In this document: positions 55,037-64,000 of the stretch, piece after piece
Layout: each line of letters starts with the position of its first letter
Position numbering within the stretch: the stretch's first letter is position 1
Assembly (NCBI RefSeq): GCF_035084215.1
Contig: NC_090332.1
Coordinates: forward strand, 40,734,001 to 40,798,000
Reading direction: 5' to 3'
DNA from: Heptranchias perlo
Lineage: Eukaryota
Length of the DNA stretch: 64,000 nucleotides
Translations under genes and position numbers: made by a program
The notes under the pieces: model-generated
Databases searched by the model: none
The model's input: only the letters and a program-made list of their open reading frames with translations
What the model was told of the DNA's origin: nothing

Positions 55037-58000
55037 TGGGAACCTGAGCAGGGAGAGAGAGGAAAGCGTAACAGGAAGGGACAGAAGGTATGGAGTAATA
55101 GGTAAAGTGTTAAAAAAGGAAAAAGCAGAAACTAAGCGTCACAAAACAGATTTGAAAGTTCTTTATCTGAATGCACGTAGCATTCGTAACAAAATGGACG
55201 AGTTAACGGCACAAATAACTACGTATGGGTATGATCTTGTGGCCATTACAGAAACATGGCTGCAGGGTGACAACGACTGGGAATTAAATATGCCAGGGTA
55301 TTTAACAATCAGGAAGGACAGGCAGGAAGGAAGGGGAGGTGGGGTGGCTATGTTAATAAAGGAAGGAATCACTGTAATACAGATAAATGATATTGGGACA
55401 AAGCATCAAGATAATGAAACAGTTTGGGTGGAGATAAGGAATAATAAGGGGAAAAAAACATTAGTGGGCGTAGTATATAGGCCTCCTAATAGTTGCAACT
55501 CTGCTGGAAGAAGTATTAATCAGGAAATAGTCGGGGCATGTAATAAGGGAACAGCTATAATTATGGGGGATTTTAATTATCATATTAACTGGACAAATCA
55601 AATTGGGCAGAGCAGCCTTGAGGACGAGTTCATTGAGTGCATCAGGGATGGATTTCTTGAGCAGTATGTAACTGATCCTACTAGGGGGCAGGCAACCTTG
55701 GACCTGGTCCTGTGTAATGAGTCAGGATTAATTAATAATGTCCTAGTTAAGGATCCCCTTGGAACGAGAGACCACAACATGGTTGAATTCCATATCCAAT
55801 TAGAGGGTGAGAAGGTTGATTCTCAAACAAGAGTACTGAGCTTGAATAAAGGAGACTATGATGGTATGAGAGCGGAATTGATTAAAGTGGACTGGGAAAA
55901 TAGATTAAAGGGTAAGACGGTACATGAGCAGTGGTGTTCATTTAGGGAGTTATTTTACAACTTTCAAAATAAATATATTCCACTGAGGAAAAAAGGGTGT
56001 AAAAGAAATGACAGCCATCCGTGGCTAAGTAAAGAAATCAAGGATAGTATCCGACTAAAAACAAGGACATATAAGGTAGCCAAACTTAGTGGGAGGATAG
56101 AAGATTGGGAATTCTTCAAAAGACAACAAAAAGTAACTAAAGGATTGATTAAGAAAGGGAAGTTAGATTATGAAAAGAAATTAGCAAAAAATATAAAAAC
56201 AGATAGCAAGAGTTTCTATAGTTATATAAAAAGAAAAAGGGTGGCTAAGGCAAACGTAGGTCCCTTAGAGGATGAGACCGGGAAATTAATGGTGGGAAAC
56301 ATGGAGATGGCAAAAATGCTGAACAAATATTTTGTTTCAGTCTTTACAGTAGAGGACACTAAGAATATCCCAACACTGGACAAACAGGGGACTCGACGGG
56401 GGGAGGAGCTAAATACGATTAAAATCACTCAGGAGATGGTACTCAGTAAAATAATGGGACTCAAAGCGGATAAATCCCCTGGACCTGATGGCTTCCATCC
56501 TAGGGTCTTGAGGGAAGTGGCAGTAGGGATTGTGGATGCTTTGGTGATAGTTTTCCAAAATTCCCTGGACTCAGGAGAGGTCCCGGCAGATTGGAAAACT
56601 GCTAATGTAACACCGTTATTTAAAAAGGGTAGTAGGCAGAAGGCTGGAAATTATAGGCCAGTTAGCTTAACATCTGTGGTGGGTAAAATTTTGGAGTCTA
56701 TTATTAAGGAGACAGTAACGGAACATTTAGATAAGCATAATTTAATAGGACAAAGTCAGCATGGCTTTATGAAGGGGAAGTCATGTCTGACAAATTTGCT
56801 TGAGTTCTTTGAGGATATAACGTACAGGGTGGATAAAGGGGAACCAGTGGACATAGTGTATTTAGACTTCCAGAAGGCATTCGACAAGGTGCCACATAAA
56901 AGATTATTACTTAAGATAAAAAATCACGGGATTGGGGGTAACATTCTGGCATGGGTGGAGGATTGGTTATCGAACAGGAAGCAGAGAGTTGGGATAAATG
57001 GTTCATTTTCGGACTGGCAACCAGTAACCAGTGGTGTTCCACAGGGGTCGGTGCTGGGTCCCCAACTCTTTACAATCTATATTAACGATTTGGAGGAGGG
57101 GACCGAGTGCAACATATCAAAATTTGCAGATGATACAAAGATGGGAGGGAAAGTAGAGAGTGAGGAGGACATAAAAAACCTGCAGGGGGATATAGACAGG
57201 CTGGGTGAGTGGGCGGAGATTTGGCAGATGCAATATAATATTGGAAAATGTGAGGTTATGCACTTTGGCAGGAAAAATCAGAGAGCAAGTTATTTTCTTA
57301 ATGGCGAGAGACTGGAAAGTACTGCAGTACAAAGGGATCTGGGGGTCCGAGTGCAAGAAAATCAAAAAGTTGGTATACAGGTGCAGCAGGTGATCAAGAA
57401 AGCCAACGGAATGTTGGCTTTTATTGCTCGGGGGATAGAATATAAAAACAGGGAGGTATTGCTGCAGTTATATAGGGTATTGGTGAGACCGCACCTGGAA
57501 TACTGCATACAGTTTTGGTCTCCATACTTAAGAAAAGACATACTTGCTCTCGAGGCAGTACAAAGAAGGTTCACTCAGTTAATCCCGGGGATGAGGGGGC
57601 GGACATATGAGGAGAGGTTGAGTAGATTGGGACTCTACTCAATGGAGTTCAGAAGAATGAGAGGCGATCTTATTGAAACATATAAGATTGTGAAGGGGCT
57701 TGATCGGGTGGATGCAGTAAGGATGTTCCCAAAGATGGGTGAAACTAGAACGAGGGGGCATAATCTTAGAATAAGGGGCTGCTCTTTCAAAACTGAGATG
57801 AGGAGAAACTTCTTCACTCAGAGGGTGGTAGGTCTGTGGAATTTGCTGCCCCAGGAAGCTGTGGAAGCTACATCATTAGATAAATTTAAAACAGAAATAG
57901 ACAGTTTCCTAGAAGTAAAGGGAATTAGGGGTTATGGGGAGCGGGCAGGAAATTGGACATGAAGCTGAGTTCGGATCGGTCAATGCCCTGTGGGTGGCGG

Positions 58001-58163
58001 AGAGGACCCAGGGGCTGTGTGGCCAGGTCCTGCTCCTACTTCTTGTGTTCTTTAGATTTGTGGTTGGGATTAGATCAGCCATGATCTTATTGAATGGCGG
58101 AGCAGGCTCGAGGGGCCGATTGGCCTACTCCTGCTCCAATTTCTTATGTTCTTATGTTCTTAT
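55037..58163 (+). mobile_element. Young CR1 LINE with uninterrupted ORF2, truncated just upstream of ORF2
   Basis: GAGT duplicated at 55033-36 and 58164-67; (TTCTTATG)x3 tail; open frame to TGA at 57960-57962. Confidence 0.95.
55038..57962 (+). CDS. CR1 ORF2: APE endonuclease plus reverse transcriptase, intact reading frame
   Basis: LYLNARSIRNK, ITETW, YRPP, MGDFN, LDLVL, RDH (EN); NYRPVSLTS, LDFQKAFDKVPH, GVPQGSVLGP, FADDTK, RDLGV (RT); no stops across about 970 codons. Confidence 0.9.
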   Translation, partial: GNLSREREESVTGRDRRYGVIGKVLKKEKAETKRHKTDLKVLYLNARSIRNKMDELTAQITTYGYDLVAITETWLQGDNDWELNMPGYLTIRKDRQEGRGGGVAMLIKEGITVIQINDIGTKHQDNETVWVEIRNNKGKKTLVGVVYRPPNSCNSAGRSINQEIVGACNKGTAIIMGDFNYHINWTNQIGQSSLEDEFIECIRDGFLEQYVTDPTRGQATLDLVLCNESGLINNVLVKDPLGTRDHNMVEFHIQLEGEKVDSQTRVLSLNKGDYDGMRAELIKVDWENRLKGKTVHEQWCSFRELFYNFQNKYIPLRKKGCKRNDSHPWLSKEIKDSIRLKTRTYKVAKLSGRIEDWEFFKRQQKVTKGLIKKGKLDYEKKLAKNIKTDSKSFYSYIKRKRVAKANVGPLEDETGKLMVGNMEMAKMLNKYFVSVFTVEDTKNIPTLDKQGTRRGEELNTIKITQEMVLSKIMGLKADKSPGPDGFHPRVLREVAVGIVDALVIVFQNSLDSGEVPADWKTANVTPLFKKGSRQKAGNYRPVSLTSVVGKILESIIKETVTEHLDKHNLIGQSQHGFMKGKSCLTNLLEFFEDITYRVDKGEPVDIVYLDFQKAFDKVPHKRLLLKIKNHGIGGNILAWVEDWLSNRKQRVGINGSFSDWQPVTSGVPQGSVLGPQLFTIYINDLEEGTECNISKFADDTKMGGKVESEEDIKNLQGDIDRLGEWAEIWQMQYNIGKCEVMHFGRKNQRASYFLNGERLESTAVQRDLGVRVQENQKVGIQVQQVIKKANGMLAFIARGIEYKNREVLLQLYRVLVRPHLEYCIQFWSPYLRKDILALEAVQRRFTQLIPGMRGRTYEERLSRLGLYSMEFRRMRGDLIETYKIVKGLDRVDAVRMFPKMGETRTRGHNLRIRGCSFKTEMRRNFFTQRVVGLWNLLPQEAVEATSLDKFKTEIDSFLEVKGIRGYGERAGNWT

Positions 58164-59059
58164 GAGTGACTCACCTCCTGACTCCCGAAAGCCTTTCCAC
58201 CATCTACAAGGCACAAGTCGGGAGTGTGATGGAGTACGCTCCACTTGCCTGGATGAGTGCAGCTCCAACAACACTCAAGAAGCTTGACACCATCCAGGAC
58301 AAAGCAGCCCGCTTAATTAGCAGCCCATCCACCACCCTAAACATTCACTCCCTTCACTACCGGTGCACCGTGGCTGCAGAGTGTACCATCCACAGGATGC
58401 ACTGCCGCAACTCACCAAGGCTTCTTCGACAGCACCTCCCAAACCCACCACCTCTACCACCTAGAAGGACAAGAGCAGCAGGCACACGGGAACAACACCA
58501 CCTGCACGTTCCCCTCCAAGTCACACACCATCCCGACTTGGAAATATATCGCCGTTCCTTCATCGTGGCTGGGTCAAAATCCTGGAACTCCCCACCTAAC
58601 AGCACTGTGGGAGTACCTTCGCCACACGGACTGCAGCGGTTTAAGAAGGCGGCTCACCACCACCTTCTCGTGGCAATTAGGGATGGGCAATAAATGGATG
58701 GCCTCGCCAGCGATGCCCACGTCCCATGAACGAATATAAAAAAATAATTGTCCGTGTACCTCCTTGTGCTGGATCAGTAAATGGTCCATCAAGTGAAGTT
58801 GACACAGATTGTTATGGTGACTAACTGTTCCTATGTGCTCATGGACACATCTATATTAAACTGAGTGAGGTCGCTCTTGCCATTGCCTTGCTGCTGGGCT
58901 CTCCCTCAGCATGTCTAGAGATCTGTAGCATGGCATCCGTGACGGTTCCAAGAGTTTTCATTACTAAATACAACTCCCTTATTCCAGTGGCAGAATTGCA
59001 CACCCAATTATTCATGGGTCAAACTATACTGTCGCCCCCCCACCCCCCGGCCAAAGCTG

Positions 59060-60320
59060 CTTACTGCTCCAAGATCATTCCAGAAAGCATAAACAACTCC
59101 AAACTCCTTTTCTCAGTCCTCCCTCCTTAACACCTCCCCCCTCATCCTCACCTCAGATTTAAAATGTAAAAAACTTGTGGACTTTTCATGCCCAAAATTG
59201 CATCTGCATAACTGCTTCTCCCTCCTCTGCCTGTCCCTCAATTCCGTATAAGTTTCTGTATAAGTAAGCTCTCACCCATCTCATTCTGTGCAGTTTCTCC
59301 CCCCTAAGCCCTTAGAATATTGATGTTGTTGTTCTTTGTGCAACTTTGATTATGGCTCTCTATTTTCCCTCATCTCCTTCAACCTCTCCCATTTTCAGTA
59401 CCATTGACCACTCCATCCTCCTCCATTGAGTCTCTTCTGTATTCTGCCTAGGTGTTACTGCTCTCTCCTGGGTCTGCTCACACCTGTCACAATGCAAGTA
59501 ATTCTGCAGCTTCTCCTCCACTCTCTGGTGTGCTGCAGCTCCATCCATGATCCTCTCCCCTTCCCCACTTCGATGATACCATCTGAAAGCTTGGATGGTC
59601 ACCTTTCACATATATGCTAATTGATCCTAGATCTAACTCTCTGCCTCTTCTATCGACCCAAAGCTGTTGCTGTACTCCTGAATTTCCTGTCTGACAGCAA
59701 GCCTTGAAAGAGCCAACATTTCCTCCATCTTAATGTGAGCAAAAACAAAGCCATCCTCTTTTAGCACTTGCATGTCTCTTGCTTGACTCCATCAAACTCC
59801 CTGGCTGCCATCTCAGGCTGATTCAGGATGTGCAAAATTTTGGCTTGCTGTTCAACCTGAGTTCAACTCCTCCCCTACACCTTCCAGCTTCATAGCATTC
59901 AGCATTGTACAACCCTCATCCCCACCCATACATGTCCCGTATGCCAATCATCAACTTGACCTCTAACCTCCACTACTTCTGGTGCTCCAACAAGTTGACG
60001 TCAAAATTCTCATCCTTATTGTCAAATGTCTCCATGGTCTCACCCTGCCCTATATTACTGATCTCCTACATCCTCACATCCCCTCACGTCTCCTCTGTTC
60101 CTCTAGCACTGATCTACTCTTTGTTACTTGCTCCACTACTTGTGGTTGCACTTCTGGAACTCCCTGGTTAGATCCCTCTGCCAAAGCAATTTCTTCCCTG
60201 TTTTCAAAAACATCCTCAACACTCTTAAATGTGCCTTTTGTTCCACCTTCACTGTCTATATATTCCCTTCTTCCCTCCAATGTCCATTGTTTTTCTTCCT
60301 TAGTGTAAAGGACTTTGTGA
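59060..60320 (+). mobile_element. Old L2 fragment
   Basis: Decayed homology to 41083-43430 (YCSKIIPES..NSKLLF, FSTIDHSILL, HLNVSKNKAIL, VKILILIVKCLHGL...YITDLL). Confidence 0.65.
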
Positions 60321-60399
60321 AACTGGAACCCCACAGCAGCCTGTGACATTCAACCATTTTTTTCAAATACTGGCACGTGTACATCCACCTTGGGGGGAT

Positions 60400-62720
60400 T
60401 TAGATAGCCAGTTTGAGGAGGCAGCACTGATGAATCACGGAACATGGATGAAGAGGAGCCAGTTCACAGTCTGCTTCAGCTGCAAAGCCCATGAATTTTG
60501 ACCTCATGTGGCCTGTATATAAAAGGTTGCAATCTGAGTACTGTCATCATCTGTGGTAATTTGCTAAAATATTCCAAGGTCTGGCAGTAACTGTGGAAGA
60601 GCCCATCAGCCACACCAGTGCCGTCATGCATGACAGCTTATTGGAACTGCAGTCCATCATGGAGAACATGGCAACTGCACGGGCATCTGCAGTTGAGCCC
60701 CCAGTGACATAGGTACTTCTCAAGTGGGAGCATCTCTCATGAATGCTCATACAGATAGTGTGGAGGCTTTGAGCTCAAAAGTACAGCAGGCTGACTTGTC
60801 CAAATTCAACATGTTTGGGGATTGGATTGTGATATCCACTATGCAGGGCTTTACAAACCTCATTGCTGCCCAGAGGTCTGCTCCCACACAGATCAGTGAC
60901 ACTGCTGGCAGAGTGGCCAGCAGTGGAGGCATAGCTATAGTAGATACAGTTTAGATTGCTGACTCTCAGGGCAACACTAGTGATCCACTCAACCCTGCCC
61001 CCACCCGATCCCACTCAAATGACACAAGATGCACCAGAAAAGGGGTAGGGGGACCCAGCCACCCACCACAACATCAGATATGCTGGAACCATCTACAAGC
61101 CATCTCCTGACCCAGCCTACTTAATCGCAAGAGCACTTGGGGAAGTACTTAGAAGAAGCACTAGAGTAGATAATGGAAGACGCACATTGTGCATTGTCAT
61201 CAAGGGGAAGCAGTGGGGTAAAACACAGTAAAGACACATACACATATCACTCATAAGGAAATAAATTGGTTGCCCTTTATGTTAACTTTATCCAGATAAT
61301 TTGCTATTGGTGGTGCAAAACAGACCTGATACTGAATTGCGAAGCTCAAGCGCTTAGGCAAAAGTCCCATCTATGCGCACTACTAATTCTAGTTGTAAAA
61401 GTGTTGCAGCAGAGATATCTTCAGGATCACTGAGTGTCCTGCTCTGCCCCGGTTGCTGGTGGGTCTCTTCCTCCATCTGCCCATGGTTGGATCTTTCTGT
61501 ATGGAAAAGTCGCAACAGACAATGATGATCTTGTAAACCCTAGTGAGCCGGTGCTGTACGGTATCCATTGATCTGCCCAAGTATCTACTTAAAGAATAAT
61601 ATTATGTCTCAATAATGATCCCAGTGGCTGGATGGGCCTTATTGTATCTGCATTCACTTGATGTTCATAGCTTTCGCAAGGTTGTCATGAACCAGGGCTG
61701 AAGTGGGTACCCTCGGTCTACCAGTAGCCAGGTTTCCAAATATCCTTCTCCTTCAATGAACCCAGACACAGAGACATGAGCTTGCATTAATCTGTGTTGC
61801 TGGTCATTGATCACTTGTACTTTTAGGTAGTGGAACCCTTGCTATTCTGGAACACCGTGTCATTCTGTGTAGTGGCCCAGATGGCTACATGGGTACCATC
61901 AATAACACCCTGGACTTTGAGAAATCCTTTCATATGCAAGAATTGAAATTTCCTCTCATTTTGTTGCCATTTTACCATTGGAAAACTGATAAAGATATCT
62001 GCCCCAGTGAACCTGCTTGATGCACTGCAGATTGGATGATGTTATGTAGGTTCCTGCATAGCTTGAAAGAAATCAGAGGCTTCATATTTCAGGACTGTAG
62101 TCATCTTGTGTCACTGGTATTGCATCCCTGTAGTCAATGTTGTGTGCTGATCAGATTCCAATGGATGGCACAGCTCAATCACTACCACCCTGGTGAAGCA
62201 GAGCCTGTGAAGGCAATTGCCCTTAGACATTGCCAGCTATGTGTCTCTGAGTCTGTACACATGGTTCCTTGGGTAAGGGCACTCTGCCTCTGATGCATGT
62301 AAACCTGCCTCACATCTCTTCTTTCACTTCCATTCCCTCCTCCAAAAACTCAGAGAAGTACTCAATATAAGGCAATTTTCTAAATTTAGCTTACAGCAGT
62401 TCCATCTTAAGTAACCACTTTCTGAAATCATTGGCCTTTAACATCCTTTTCATATGGGTGGGCTGATTGCACAATGCATTCCTTGCATGAAGAAATGAAA
62501 AATTGCACAATGAAGCATTACTATATCATTTGCAAGAAACTAAATATTCAAACGAAATTCTTGTACATTTTGTGCGTGTACTTTTGACTGGCCTAAATGG
62601 CTGACTAGCAAGTAGCGCACTGGGAAGATCTGGTGAAATGAGTCTCTGCGCCATTTCCCAGCTTTACACCCCTGAATCATAACAGTATGAATAACCCCAT
62701 TGGTCAGAAAATCTACCCAA
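60400..62720 (-). mobile_element. Old Harbinger copy (transposase relic on - at about 61420-62350)
   Basis: Minus strand GFLKVQGVIDGTHVAIWA, GFHYLKVQV..D, WLLVDRGYPLQPWFMT, YNKAHPATGIIIE; acidic Myb-gene-like remnant on + at 60400-61200. Confidence 0.7.
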
Positions 62721-64000
62721 ATATCTCAAAGGATTTTCCTGTTTCTGACCTGTTGCCACTCAATATTTGTTGTAATTATCAAACCAACTTGAGTGAGTGT
62801 GAATCACAGTTTAGATTGTTGAAGTTAACTTTATGAGCAGAAGACACATTTGCAGATATTACAGAAAAACAAACAGAAACTGTGAAGCAGAAAGGATTTT
62901 TATATCCTAGAAACTACTACGAGCAATACTCAGTCTGCTTATGTTAAATTCTTCTCTCAGCTTTTTTAATGTTAACCTTTTATTTACCTGTGAAGGTAGT
63001 TGCCCTTAGACATTCCCAGGTATGTATCTCTGAATCTATGCATATATTTAACTCATTTATTTTAAATAAGTGTGCACAGTTGAGAGTTTAGGAAACCAGA
63101 ATATGGGACCAAATTTCTTTTTTTTTTAAAAAAAGACAATTGCCCTGAAATTATGCTATGGAATATTAACATACAAACACTTAATTTGTTCATCTAAAAT
63201 TCTTTTGCCAACATTTGCCAACTGCCCACTGATACTTCACCCTAGTTTCACCCTAGCCAATGTTTTGTGTAGAAAATGAATGTTGGAAGGCTATTCAATT
63301 ATGAGGGACATCATAACTTATCAGGATTCTATCCTCATCAGACATCCATCCACATGTGTGTATTTTCCAGCAGTGATATGGAACAGCAATTATGGAGATG
63401 AAAATCATCTCCACTATTTCTAAGGGCAGGCCGAAGTGATACAATAAAGTAACAGGATCCACATCAAAAGTGGTAGCTTATTAAACAGTAGGGGAAAAAA
63501 TAAAGCATTTAGGGCAAATTCAGTGATGCTGCACTCAGCGAAGTTGGTACAAGTCAAAGATAGGGTAGCAACACTGTAGCATTGATTCTCTGATCTGCAC
63601 ACTTTTGTTTCCACAGAGGATCACTGTTAGGGCTGCAGGACTGCTGAATTTACCCTTGTGTTGAAGTGAACTGTGGCAATGATCATGTGTATAATTTATG
63701 TAGATATGAATGTTTGACAAACAACATAGATACTATATTTTTTATGTTCAAATTCTTAATTACCTTTATGGTTAAATTAATGTAAAAATAATTTAAATGT
63801 ATTGTAAGTGCAAGTCCTTTCCTTTCCTTTCCTTTTAAAGTCTATTATAAATCTGGAAATCCGTGTTACATAAATGCATTTAATGATGTCAGGAATCAAA
63901 AAGGTTTCTGGACGTTATGTTACCCAGCACTTTGTAGAAGGGCATTGTTGTTGAAAGTTAATTATGGAAGATAGTTTACCTGTAGTTCTGATATTTTAGC

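Larger units (their letters stand above)
54510..58745 (+). mobile_element. LINE-B copy with large internal deletion (pieces 54510-55036 and 58164-58745), host of a CR1
   Basis: EN N-terminus (TNIWGLVPKLGEL...GDFNVHHQEWLGS) jumps near 54970 to the RT end (SHINTVATRAGQRLG); resumes at 58164 (VTHLLTP) through the 3' tail. Confidence 0.88.

Overview
This is eukaryotic (vertebrate) genomic DNA, most likely from a cartilaginous fish; the taxon is inferred from the repeat landscape, not shown directly. The whole window lies inside one + strand gene, EML6 (echinoderm microtubule-associated protein-like 6), of which three consecutive WD40 coding exons are visible (14594-14850, 24335-24547, 51191-51355) with matching splice phases. 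The introns are largely nested transposons. They include CR1 LINEs (one with an intact EN+RT ORF2), L2 LINEs, at least five copies of a second CR1-group LINE ('LINE-B'), about six PIF/Harbinger copies (two near full length and inverted around an exon), two LTR proviral remnants, a solo LTR, a probable DIRS gag relic and palindromic MITE-like pieces. The most unusual observations are three. First, LINE-B appears to start with a tRNA-Thr(AGT)-like Pol III promoter that runs almost directly into the endonuclease domain with no ORF1, and its sense strand is nearly free of TTTT. Second, that copy has a twin-priming-type 5' inversion. Third, a decayed proviral env has a class I fusion-protein layout reminiscent of paramyxovirus-like F proteins. 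All coordinates and identities were read by eye.
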